Below are positions 28,369 to 37,178 of a stretch of DNA of 58,903 nucleotides, in pieces. The DNA is from Rhodothermales bacterium (GTDB lineage Bacteria; Bacteroidota; Rhodothermia; Rhodothermales; UBA10348), in assembly GCA_017859335.1 (NCBI GenBank), contig JAFMNH010000002.1, positions 1-58,903 on the forward strand. The letters are read 5' to 3'. Under the pieces are notes generated by a model. The model was not told the DNA's origin and searched no databases. It worked only from the letters and a program-made list of their open reading frames with translations. Within the stretch, counting starts at the first letter, position 1, and every line of letters starts with the position of its first letter. The translations under genes were made by a program, and so were the position numbers.

Positions 28369-29769
28369 TCAGGCGATGGTTGACCGCATGGTACGACACT
28401 TTTGGACAATCGAAAAAGCCATTTCTAGAGCCTGTTCAGCATTGAGGCGAGGATCCACCTCACTCTGATAGGCCGTGTGCAAGTCCTTCGCTTCAAGACC
28501 TCGAGCACCCCCGGTACACTCCGTCACGTTTTCACCCGTAAGCTCAAGGTGTACGCCGCCAAGGATGCTTCCACAGGCATGGTGGATATCGAACGCTTGT
28601 TCGAGCTCGGACTGAATGTTTTCGAACCGGCGCGTTTTCAGTCCATCATCCGTCACTTCCGTATTACCGTGCATGGGGTCGCACGTCCAGAGAACAGGGT
28701 GGCCCGATGAGGAGATACTTTCAATGAGGCGCGGCAGGGTGTCTTCAATGGCGTGGGCCCCCATCCGGGTTATGAGCGTGACACGCCCGGGTTCGCGCGC
28801 CGGATCCACCCGGTCCAGGATGGCTCTCAGGTCACGGGCATCGCTGTCAGTACCAACTTTCAAGCCGATCGGATTACGCAGTCCCCGGACATACTCAATG
28901 TGTGCGCTCTCGAGCATGCCCGTACGCTTTCCAATCCAGGGGAAATGCGTTGAGAGATTATATGCTCCATCCCGAGACATGCGTGTGAATGCCTCTTCAT
29001 AGGGAAGAATCAGGGCTTCATGGCTGCTGAAGAAGGATACCCGGTCGGTATTGGAGATGGGCGTCGGAGAAACGGCCTCGGTAAAACGGAGGGCATCCAG
29101 GATGGCATTTACAATGGACTGGTATTCATCCCGTAACTGTTCAGACGTCACGAAGTCCAGATCCCATTGTTCGGGGTGATGCAGGTCGGCAAAACCTCCT
29201 TCGCCCAGGGCCCGCACGTAGTTTAGCGTGAGGGCAGAACGCTCATAGGCCGTCAGCATACGGGTCGGAGACGGTTGCCGGGCCGCGCGGCTGAACTCCG
29301 GCGCATTGATCATGTCTCCCCTGTAACTCGGAAGGCGCTCTTCTCCTTCGCCCTCGAAATCCGCCGACCGCGGTTTGGCATACTGACCCGCAAAGCGCCC
29401 AACCCGGATGACTGGAAGACGAAGTCCGTAAATGAGCACCAGGCTCATCTGAAGAAGGACCTTGAGCCGGTTGGCAATGATGTCTGATCGGCATTCGTCG
29501 AAGCGTTCCGCACAGTCGCCCCCCTGCAGAAGGAAACGTTTTCCCTGGGAAGCCTCCGCCAGATGGCCACGCAGACGGTTGACTTCCCATGGCGTGACCA
29601 AGGGGGGCATGACGGCCAGTTGTTCCACGACACGTGCCAACTCGGCATCATTCTCGAAGAGCGGCTGCTGGCGAGCCTCGCGGGATTTCCACGACGAGGG
29701 TGTCCACGTTTCGTGTGTGGAGGGGCTGGCGTTGGCTGATATCCCGTCGGATGATGGGGTGTTCTGCAT
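28369..29769 (-). CDS. class II 3-deoxy-7-phosphoheptulonate (DAHP) synthase
   Basis: ORF 28369-30072 trimmed to ATG 29769 (466 aa). Class II blocks are LLQGGDCAERF, LPSYRGDMINAPEF, HFPWIGKRT and WTCDPMHGNT. Confidence 0.88.
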   Translation of the reverse strand: MQNTPSSDGISANASPSTHETWTPSSWKSREARQQPLFENDAELARVVEQLAVMPPLVTPWEVNRLRGHLAEASQGKRFLLQGGDCAERFDECRSDIIANRLKVLLQMSLVLIYGLRLPVIRVGRFAGQYAKPRSADFEGEGEERLPSYRGDMINAPEFSRAARQPSPTRMLTAYERSALTLNYVRALGEGGFADLHHPEQWDLDFVTSEQLRDEYQSIVNAILDALRFTEAVSPTPISNTDRVSFFSSHEALILPYEEAFTRMSRDGAYNLSTHFPWIGKRTGMLESAHIEYVRGLRNPIGLKVGTDSDARDLRAILDRVDPAREPGRVTLITRMGAHAIEDTLPRLIESISSSGHPVLWTCDPMHGNTEVTDDGLKTRRFENIQSELEQAFDIHHACGSILGGVHLELTGENVTECTGGARGLEAKDLHTAYQSEVDPRLNAEQALEMAFSIVQKCRTMRSTIA

Positions 29770-29892
29770 GGAAGGGCCAGGTTGCTGTCCGGATTGTCGT
29801 ACCCGGTTTGTAGCCGGAGGACGGAGAACACTTGGTCTGCCGATTCGTTCGCAGGCTACCCATTTTTTCGATCCGCAATTGATCAGAAGGCG

Positions 29893-30792
29893 ATGCGTAC
29901 CCTGGTTCCGATTCTTTTCATGGCTGTGTTGGCAACAGCCGGATGTGACAGCGCAGATGTTGTCGAGCAGGATGTTGCTCAGGTCCAGATGCGCTTGGAT
30001 GTGGAAAACCTGCCACCCTTGCAGGATGGCTTCTCCTACCAGGCCTGGGCTCGGGTAGGTGCGCAGTCCCACGGGTCGGCCCGCTTCAATGTGACTGAGA
30101 ACGGTTCCTTCGTCAATGATGCCGGGCAGTTCACCCAGAATGTGGCCGTCTTCGAAGTGGATATCTCAGATGCGTCTGAGGTCCTGATCACCATTGAAGA
30201 GAAGCGAAATTCGGACACTCTACCCTCCGGTACGGTCATCCTGGCGGGGGACCTTGAGGACGCAACCGCTGCATTGAGCACGGTACACGAAAAAGCCTTG
30301 GCAGCGTCTTTTGAGGGACAGACGGGCGCCTTCATGCTGCTCAATTGGGCTTCGGGATCGTCGGGAGACGACCTCTCAGGGGTGTGGTTCATCGATGGCA
30401 GCCGAACGTCACCGACCGCAGGGTTGTCGCTTCCTGCCCTTCCTGAAGGGTGGATTTATGAAGGCTGGATCGACGTGGCAGGGACGCTCCTGTCCACCGG
30501 CCCGTTCAGGGAAAACAATACCCACGACACGCTACGGCAATACTCCGAAACGGATACGCCGGCCTATCCCGGGGAGGATTTCCTGGAGAATGCCCCGGAA
30601 GGCATCGCTTTTCCGTTGGATCCATCGGGAGCTACGGTCCGCGTCAGTGTGGAGCCCTATCCGGATGACGCCCTCGGGCCGTTCGGCCTGTTTGTGCTCT
30701 CGGGATCAGTACCGTCGAATCCGGTCTCCGCAACGCCGTATTCCCTGCAGGCAGGACCGGCCATGCCGAGAGGCACGGCTACCCTGTTTTGA
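29893..30792 (+). CDS. hypothetical lipoprotein
   Basis: Trimmed to ATG 29893. MRTLVPILFMAVLATAGCDS has an ATAGC lipobox. No motif recognised. Confidence 0.55.
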   Translation: MRTLVPILFMAVLATAGCDSADVVEQDVAQVQMRLDVENLPPLQDGFSYQAWARVGAQSHGSARFNVTENGSFVNDAGQFTQNVAVFEVDISDASEVLITIEEKRNSDTLPSGTVILAGDLEDATAALSTVHEKALAASFEGQTGAFMLLNWASGSSGDDLSGVWFIDGSRTSPTAGLSLPALPEGWIYEGWIDVAGTLLSTGPFRENNTHDTLRQYSETDTPAYPGEDFLENAPEGIAFPLDPSGATVRVSVEPYPDDALGPFGLFVLSGSVPSNPVSATPYSLQAGPAMPRGTATLF

Positions 30793-30823
30793 CCTGCGTT
30801 CAGACGCTTTTGGCAGCCTGCCT

Positions 30824-31165
30824 TCACTCCGCAGGGACCCGGCGCCCTGCGCGTTTGCGTCGGTCCCTGACGGCGCTACGCGCCTTGCGAAGCTGTCGTT
30901 CGGCAGAATCATGAGCCAGCTGGATGGCCTCTTGGATCAGGGGTGACTTGCAGGATGCCGAGATGGTCTCCGGTTTGTGATACAGCGTCAGCGTAGCCTC
31001 GTACTTGTTGACCGTTGGTTTGCCCGACAACTGCTTGATGGACAGGTGGGCTCCAGTGATGTCATTGTGTCCTTTCTCCAGCTTTTCGAGGCGGGATGTG
31101 ACCCAGCGGTGTGTGCTGTCTGAAATCTGCAGATGGTCCAGGTGGAGTTCGAGGTTGATGGCCAT
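30824..31165 (-). CDS. hpf: ribosome hibernation promoting factor / RaiA family
   Basis: 113 aa. ISDSTHRWVTSRLEKLEKGHNDITGAHLSIK..YEATLTL..AIQLAHDSAERQLRKAR follows the HPF pattern (xxKLxKxxxxIxxxxV, then xLxRQLRKxK). Confidence 0.65.
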   Translation of the reverse strand: MAINLELHLDHLQISDSTHRWVTSRLEKLEKGHNDITGAHLSIKQLSGKPTVNKYEATLTLYHKPETISASCKSPLIQEAIQLAHDSAERQLRKARSAVRDRRKRAGRRVPAE

Positions 31166-31337
31166 ATGGGACTACCTTTTCGAGTGAGCGTCATGATCAG
31201 GATCCACGGGGACCCTGGTGTTCAATTAATCACGATCACTCGGGGGATCTGTCAGGTAATTCCTGTCAGCGATGACAGGAATGCTGGGTCGGGGTCGGAT
31301 TCAAACCGTCTCGGCGCTGCAGGGGCTGCCGCTGGCT

Positions 31338-32852
31338 TCAGCGGGCGACCAGGGCTTCGTATTTCCGGCGCAAATACGTCATCCACGGGGTGGCGTCCAG
31401 ATCCGATCCGGTGGCGGCAACGAGAATTTCGCTGGCCGTACGTCTGCGTCCCCACTGGTGGACGTTCGTACGCAGCCAACCGAGCAAAGGGGAGAAATCG
31501 CCAGCCCGGAAATGCTCGTCGAGGTTGGGGATGGCCGCTTTGGCAGCGTCAAAGAGTTGAACGGACATCAGATTGCCAAGGGCATAGGTAGGGAAATATC
31601 CAATGGCGCCGAGAGACCAGTGGATGTCCTGAAGGACACCCTCGCTGTCGTTGAGCGGCCGTACACCCAGCCAGGCCTCCATGCGGTCGTTCCACTCCTG
31701 TGGCAAGTCGGCAACAGCAACCGCGCCTGTAATCATCTTCTGCTCCAGCTCGAATCGCAGCATGATGTGCAGGTTGTAGGTTACCTCATCGGCTTCCACG
31801 CGGATGGTGGAAGGGCTGACGCTATTGATGGCCCGATAGAACGCATCCAGGGAAACGTCAGAGAGGGCCAGGGGAAAGGCTTTCTGTGCCTGAGGATAGG
31901 CGTATTCCCAAAAGGGCAGGCTACGACCGATCAGGTTTTCCCACAGGCGCGATTGTGACTCGTGCATACCCAGGGAAGTCCCGTCGGCCAGGGGCGTGCC
32001 TTCGAGCGCGGGGTCGATACCCTGCTCATAGATGGCGTGTCCCGCTTCATGGAGTGTGCCGAAGAAGGCCGGATTGAAGAATCGCTCTTCCAACCGCGTC
32101 GTGATTCGGACATCTGTAGTTGAGAATGAAGTCGAAAACGGATGGGCGGACCGGTCCTGCCGACCATGGTCCAGGTCGTATCCGATGCGTTCCGCCATAC
32201 GTAACCCGAATGCCCACTGCTCGGCTTCCGGATATTCCCGATGCAGGGGTCCCTCGCAGGACATCCCCGTTCCGGTAATCTCCTTCACGAAGGGTACCAG
32301 CTGCGAACGAACCTCCTCGAACACATCGCTCACTTTCTGCGTGGTTGCTCCTTCTTCATACTGATCCAGCAACGCATCGTAGGGCTGCTCGGTGTATCCC
32401 AAGGCCTCTGCGTGCTGGATGCTCAGGTCAACGATCCGCTCCAGATGGGGAGCAAAGAGGGCGAATGTGTTCGTAGAACGCGCCTCTTGCCATGCTCCCT
32501 TGGCACGTCCCGATGCCTCGGCCAATGCAGCTATCAGTGAGGATGGTACCCGGCTGGCTTTTTCTGCATCCTTGAGGACCACCCGTACCAGGTCTTCGTC
32601 GATGGCCGAGGTCGGCTTCGCCCTGTCCAGGAGAGAGGCTGTTTCATCGGAGACCAGGAGCTCATGTGCCATGGAGCGCAGCGTTGCCACCTGCTTCGAT
32701 CGCGCCTCGGCACCGCCGGTGGGCATGTAGGTTTCCATATCCCACTCCAGGACGGCCGCAGCTTGATTGAGGTGGGTAATCCGGGCCAGATGTGATCGGA
32801 GGGGTTCCATGGCAGCCTTTTGTTGATCCGTGAGCGGATTCCTTTGATGCAC
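31338..32852 (-). CDS. M32 family carboxypeptidase (Taq-type)
   Basis: 504 aa. Zinc site HEAGHAIYEQG, plus HESQSRLWEN and IRVEADEVTYNLHIMLRFELE. Confidence 0.9.
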   Translation of the reverse strand: MHQRNPLTDQQKAAMEPLRSHLARITHLNQAAAVLEWDMETYMPTGGAEARSKQVATLRSMAHELLVSDETASLLDRAKPTSAIDEDLVRVVLKDAEKASRVPSSLIAALAEASGRAKGAWQEARSTNTFALFAPHLERIVDLSIQHAEALGYTEQPYDALLDQYEEGATTQKVSDVFEEVRSQLVPFVKEITGTGMSCEGPLHREYPEAEQWAFGLRMAERIGYDLDHGRQDRSAHPFSTSFSTTDVRITTRLEERFFNPAFFGTLHEAGHAIYEQGIDPALEGTPLADGTSLGMHESQSRLWENLIGRSLPFWEYAYPQAQKAFPLALSDVSLDAFYRAINSVSPSTIRVEADEVTYNLHIMLRFELEQKMITGAVAVADLPQEWNDRMEAWLGVRPLNDSEGVLQDIHWSLGAIGYFPTYALGNLMSVQLFDAAKAAIPNLDEHFRAGDFSPLLGWLRTNVHQWGRRRTASEILVAATGSDLDATPWMTYLRRKYEALVAR

Positions 32853-33063
32853 GGCAAGAGCGAAGGTTCTTCTGTTGCTATCCGGGCGCTACCTACAGGG
32901 TATTCCGGATTATCCCGAGGGGTTGGGATGCCGTTCCCCGACACCCTCCAGCGTAGTAATCGGTCACGATGTGAGGCGCCTTTGCCGTAGGGTGTACTCG
33001 GGATCGGAAGCGCTCCAGTCCTGGGGTCCACCCCTTGCTTAATCACCATACGAAGGCGGTATC

Positions 33064-33984
33064 ATGAAATCGTTTCGCATCCTCGTACCCACCGACTTCT
33101 CCGACAGTGCCCTCCTGGCCTTGGAACATGGCATTTTCTTGACCAAGAAATTTGACGGCGAGCTCGTGCTCCTTCATGTAGCCGAGTTGCCGACGATAAC
33201 CATTCACGATTTTCCTTCCGATCTGTTCGAGCTGGCTCGCGAGGGCGGCATGGATCGGATGGGTGAGTTGTTAGAGAAGCAGGAGGTTGCCTTGCCGCCC
33301 GTCAAGAGGGTCGTACTGGCTGGGACACCCTCGGAGCCTGCAGCCGATGTGATCGTGGAGTACGCCAAGACCAATGAGGTCGATTTTATCGTGATGGGTA
33401 CCCACGGTCGCCGGGGTATGCGTCGACTGCTTCTGGGCAGCGTAACCGAGGAAGTGGTACGCCGTTCTCCCTGTCCAGTCCTGACCACCCGAACCCACAA
33501 GGATGCGTGGTCATTGCCCAGGGCGGATCGGATTCTCGTCCCCGTGGACTTCGGCTCATCGACGCGGCAGATCATCGGTGTAGCCTCTCGCATGGCAGAG
33601 CATTACGGCGCGGCCATCACATTGGCTCACGTCGTCAACCTTGAATACTACCCGTATTACGGATTTGGATCCGATGCCTACCCTGAGATCAAGAAGAGCA
33701 TGATTGAAGCGAGCGAAGAAAAGTTGATTGAACTGGCGACCGAGTTACAGGGTGCTGGCCTTGATGTGAGTTGGAAGACCATCAAGGGGCATCCAGCTGC
33801 GGCACTCAGGCAATTGGCTGAGGAAGCCGATATCGACCTGATTGTTATCGGCTCCCATGGGCGATCCGGTTTTGATCGGGCTATGGTGGGCAGCGTCTCC
33901 GAGAAGGTCCTGCGCTCAGCGCATTGTCCGGTCATGATTGTCAATACTGGAGACGAGACCGAGCAGTTGGGTATTGCTGCGTAA
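33064..33984 (+). CDS. tandem universal stress protein (two UspA domains)
   Basis: 306 aa. Two repeats each start ILVP(T/V)DF and end GS(V/H)..VLR(R/S)..CPV(L/M). Confidence 0.85.
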   Translation: MKSFRILVPTDFSDSALLALEHGIFLTKKFDGELVLLHVAELPTITIHDFPSDLFELAREGGMDRMGELLEKQEVALPPVKRVVLAGTPSEPAADVIVEYAKTNEVDFIVMGTHGRRGMRRLLLGSVTEEVVRRSPCPVLTTRTHKDAWSLPRADRILVPVDFGSSTRQIIGVASRMAEHYGAAITLAHVVNLEYYPYYGFGSDAYPEIKKSMIEASEEKLIELATELQGAGLDVSWKTIKGHPAAALRQLAEEADIDLIVIGSHGRSGFDRAMVGSVSEKVLRSAHCPVMIVNTGDETEQLGIAA

Positions 33985-34248
33985 GTCGTTCCTACTGGAA
34001 CACAAGCAATAACCGGCAACAGGGGGAGCCATAACGTCCTGCGGTGCGGGCTGGCGTGAAGGCGGTGAAAAATCAGTGATCAGGCCTTCAGGTCATCAAA
34101 TGGCTGTTTTTGCCATCCCGGATCGGCTTGATTGGGGGTGGGGGGTAGCGTAATTTTTGATGCTCGTGCGCATGCCCCCATGACTACGTTGTCCCCTTCA
34201 GCATTGGATCAGGACAGCACACGTCCCGGGCGTCCCGACCGAGTCTTT

Positions 34249-34324
34249 GCCAATGTAGCTCAGCTGGTAGAGCAGCTCACTCGTAATGAGCAGGTCAGCG
34301 GTTCGAGTCCGCTCATTGGCTCCA
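34249..34324 (+). tRNA. tRNA-Thr (anticodon CGU)
   Basis: Hand-folded 76-nt cloverleaf. Acceptor GCCAATG/CATTGGC, D stem GCTC/GAGC, anticodon stem GCTCA/TGAGC with loop CTCGTAA, T arm AGCGG-TTCGAGT-CCGCT, encoded CCA. Confidence 0.93.
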
Positions 34325-34339
34325 CGTTTTGAACCGTGC

Positions 34340-34375
34340 AAAACGCCCCTTCTGCTTGCAGGAGGGGCGTTTTTT
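34340..34375 (+). terminator. Rho-independent terminator after tRNA-Thr
   Basis: AACGCCCCT-loop-AGGGGCGTT followed by a T run. Confidence 0.75.
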
Positions 34376-34508
34376 GTTTGAGGGGTGCCTTGACGGGCTG
34401 GGTACGAAAGGAAGATCCCGGGACCCTGCGGATGCAGATTCATGGATTGTCCGGGTACCGCTGCTGGAATTGGGCGGCTATCGCAGGTGGGCGTGATCGC
34501 TGAGAGCG

Positions 34509-35546
34509 TCAGACGAAAGCGAAGTCTCCTTGCGTGGCAATCTCCTGCAACTGCCCTTTTGAAACCTGATGCAGGTACTCAAAAATATTACGGTGTGTGG
34601 CCAGATACTCGGAGCGCGTCGTATCGGGAACGGCCTTTCGAAACGCCTCAAAATGAGAATCCACATCATGATGTCTGGTCCCGAGTGCGGATTCCAGCCG
34701 GATGCGTACCCCCTGTTGCATGGCACCGGCCTGCACGGGTGACATTTTCCCGTCCTTGATGTATTTCTTTGTCAGGGGCTCCAGGCTTCGTTGCACGACG
34801 GTGTCCAACAAAGCATCCATGTCCATGGCATGCGTAGGCTCGGTTGGTTCGGATGCCTCCGACACCTCGGGAAGAAGGGCATTCAGGCAGGCCCGGTAGG
34901 CGAGGGCGAGGGTGGACAGTTTGATGCCCATGGCGCAGTGGGACGCCTCACGCATCAGCTCGACGGTGGCATCAAGGGCACGTTGCGGTGTGTACATGCG
35001 GTCCATACGCTGCAATAGCCCAATGGCCAGTTCGTCTACGGACGATCGGCAGTCCTGTCCGTGACTGGCGCCCTTCAGAACGATGTACAGGTGCTTTCCC
35101 CGTTTGACGAGCGCGAGATGCTCGTTGTGCATCACCCATCGCTTGAATGTTCGGATGATGCGTGCCAGTGACGGATCGATGGTCCGGTGGTAAGCGAACA
35201 TGGCATCCTGCAGCGCCGATCCGATCATCCGTCCCGTGGCTGCGTGCAGTTCCGACTCTGACCGCTCCGTCCACCTGACATAGTCGCAGTAGTAGCGGCG
35301 AAGTTGTGGCAGGCTGCCCCGCTCATCCCGCTCGAACAAAGGGGCCAGGGCATCTGTAGCCAGGTCCTCTACCGACGTAAGTCCCAGGCTGGCCATCACC
35401 CGGTAGGAGTGCTTGCTGTAACGAAGCTTCCGGACAGCCAGCGGATGGCATAGACTGAAGAAGCTGTTGATGACGGGTTCCGGGGGGGCTTCATCCAACA
35501 GCTTTTTCAGCAGGTCGGACAGATTGGATGGACGTGTAAAGGGCAT
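34509..35546 (-). CDS. hypothetical protein (345 aa, helical, no recognised domain)
   Basis: Clean ATG-to-stop ORF with no competing frame. Divergent from the sensor-regulator gene across a 145-nt AT-richer spacer. No signal peptide or TM segment. Confidence 0.6.
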   Translation of the reverse strand: MPFTRPSNLSDLLKKLLDEAPPEPVINSFFSLCHPLAVRKLRYSKHSYRVMASLGLTSVEDLATDALAPLFERDERGSLPQLRRYYCDYVRWTERSESELHAATGRMIGSALQDAMFAYHRTIDPSLARIIRTFKRWVMHNEHLALVKRGKHLYIVLKGASHGQDCRSSVDELAIGLLQRMDRMYTPQRALDATVELMREASHCAMGIKLSTLALAYRACLNALLPEVSEASEPTEPTHAMDMDALLDTVVQRSLEPLTKKYIKDGKMSPVQAGAMQQGVRIRLESALGTRHHDVDSHFEAFRKAVPDTTRSEYLATHRNIFEYLHQVSKGQLQEIATQGDFAFV

Positions 35547-35691
35547 GACTTCAAGCCGGGGTCCTGAGGGGGGGGACTAGCGGCCTGAAGGGTATGCTTC
35601 GCATCAGCGATTCAAAAAAACCTTAGCGAAACATAAGCGTGATTCGCTTTAAATAGCCCGTTTTTGAAGAATCAGGGCCGTATTATGAAAA

Positions 35692-37164
35692 ATGGAACAT
35701 TGGCAAACATTGACGAGAACTGGCTTGCTTCTGAGTCTCTTGGCGCTGCCTGTTACGATTCGCGGGCAGGTGCTGGAGGACATTGTCATTTATGGTAAAG
35801 CGGGTACGGAGGTCATGTTCGGTCATGATGGCTGGCTGTACAAGGCAGAGATAACGCAAGGCGATGTGCAGCCGTTTGCTGCCATGCCGGCAGATACCCT
35901 GTTTGCACCAAACACCTACCCTCAGTACAACTCCGCCGTACTGACGGCTACCCACTTCTGGATCTGGGACAGCAGTGTAGGGACCGTCGTCCGATACGAC
36001 CGCGAAGGCAGGTCTACCGTTTTTTCAAAACGTCCGTCACTGACGCGATTCAGCCACAACGCAGTGGCGCATCCCACGCTAGGGCATCCGCTCGTTTTTG
36101 GCGGCTACGGATATTACCGGGCCAAGGACTTTTTCCTGCAATTTGTGCCATCATTGGGTGAGTGGCGTGAGTTGCCCGCGTCCAGGAGAGTCACCGATCC
36201 TCCCCCCTTGGTTCAAAGCACCTTGCTCGACTACGAGGATGGCAAAACAGTACTGTTGGTCGAGGGCCATACCTCAGATAACGAGTTGATGCCACTCTAC
36301 AACAGGCCGCTAGTGGGTAAAGCCTGGTCTTTCGACGTGGAGGCTGGAGCTTGGAGCCCCATTGCCTTCGACCCCATTCTGGGTTGTCTCATGCGGCCCG
36401 CTACTACGGCCATTGACCAGGATTTTCGCGGCGAGGGTCGGGTACTGATCGGAGTGCTCAGCTTGACCTCGGCCGGGCGATGCAACCAGGACCTCGATCC
36501 CCTTTTGGAGCCCGGCCGCGTGTTCATCTGGCAGCCAGAGCAACGCCGATATGCTATCCTTGACACGAGGATAACGTTCAACGGCAACACGTTGCCAGCC
36601 GGACTCATCGCTACAGATGACTCCCTGGCCATCGCTCAAGTTGGTTTCAGCGGCGATGCAGAGGTCCCCATTCGCCTGGTCAATCAGACCATACCTCTTC
36701 CCGAAAACATTGTCTGGCGACCGTTGAGGTTGAAACAGGACAGGTTTTGGTTTTGGGCAATTGGCATCCCGCTCGTCCTTGTGCTCGCGGTACTTACCCT
36801 TGTCGTTTGGAGTGTTCGCAGGCACAAGCTGATACGCTATAGAAAGGGCGCAGAGGAGATCAGGCTTCAAGCGGGATTCAGCGAATCGGTGGAGGGTTTA
36901 CCGCCAAATGCCCTTGCCGTGTTGGTATTCATGGCTTCAGCGCCGCGTGGCACCCATTTTGGCAGAGAAGATCTCGAGAGCGCCTTCGAGGACCGGGCAT
37001 ACGCCCCGGATACGCTTCGAACCATCACCAATCGTGCGGTGGCTACGATCAATGAGATCGGGAACCGTCGGTTCGACTGCGATATCATCGAACGCAGACA
37101 AGGATTGGATGACAAGCGTCGGCAACTGTATTTCCTGACCGTGCGCGTCAAACTGGAGAAGTGA
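35692..37164 (+). CDS. membrane-anchored one-component regulator: signal peptide, Kelch/beta-propeller-like ectodomain, TM helix, C-terminal OmpR/CadC-like winged helix
   Basis: 490 aa. Signal is TRTGLLLSLLALPVTIRGQ. GG..W Kelch-like repeats (PLVFGGYGYY..GEWREL, GKAWSFDVEAGAWSPI). TM helix FWFWAIGIPLVLVLAVLTLVVW. C-terminal LPPNALAVLVFMASAPRGTHFGREDLESAF..TLRTITNRAVATINEIG resembles a trans_reg_C wHTH. Confidence 0.6.
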   Translation: MEHWQTLTRTGLLLSLLALPVTIRGQVLEDIVIYGKAGTEVMFGHDGWLYKAEITQGDVQPFAAMPADTLFAPNTYPQYNSAVLTATHFWIWDSSVGTVVRYDREGRSTVFSKRPSLTRFSHNAVAHPTLGHPLVFGGYGYYRAKDFFLQFVPSLGEWRELPASRRVTDPPPLVQSTLLDYEDGKTVLLVEGHTSDNELMPLYNRPLVGKAWSFDVEAGAWSPIAFDPILGCLMRPATTAIDQDFRGEGRVLIGVLSLTSAGRCNQDLDPLLEPGRVFIWQPEQRRYAILDTRITFNGNTLPAGLIATDDSLAIAQVGFSGDAEVPIRLVNQTIPLPENIVWRPLRLKQDRFWFWAIGIPLVLVLAVLTLVVWSVRRHKLIRYRKGAEEIRLQAGFSESVEGLPPNALAVLVFMASAPRGTHFGREDLESAFEDRAYAPDTLRTITNRAVATINEIGNRRFDCDIIERRQGLDDKRRQLYFLTVRVKLEK

Positions 37165-37178
37165 CGCGACCGGTCCGC

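Noticed and set aside
28369-30072. Long N-terminal extensions of longest-ORF calls (also 38998-40386, 16917-18776, 44729-46369, 46282-47055, 15485-16912)
   Set aside because: The extensions overlap upstream genes or terminators, start at TTG/GTG in several cases, and precede obvious signal peptides or domain starts. The starts were trimmed instead.
34560-34640. HEPN-like R-x6-H strings (RSEYLATH, RNIFEYLH) near the C-terminus of the 345-aa unknown protein
   Set aside because: Spacing is at or beyond the edge of the canonical R-x4-6-H motif and there is no other supporting feature. This is too weak to call a toxin or RNase domain by eye.
34249-37164. Genomic island or mobile element at tRNA-Thr
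   Set aside because: No integrase, transposase or flanking direct repeat of the tRNA 3' end was seen. It is reported only as an accessory-looking gene pair, not as a mobile element.
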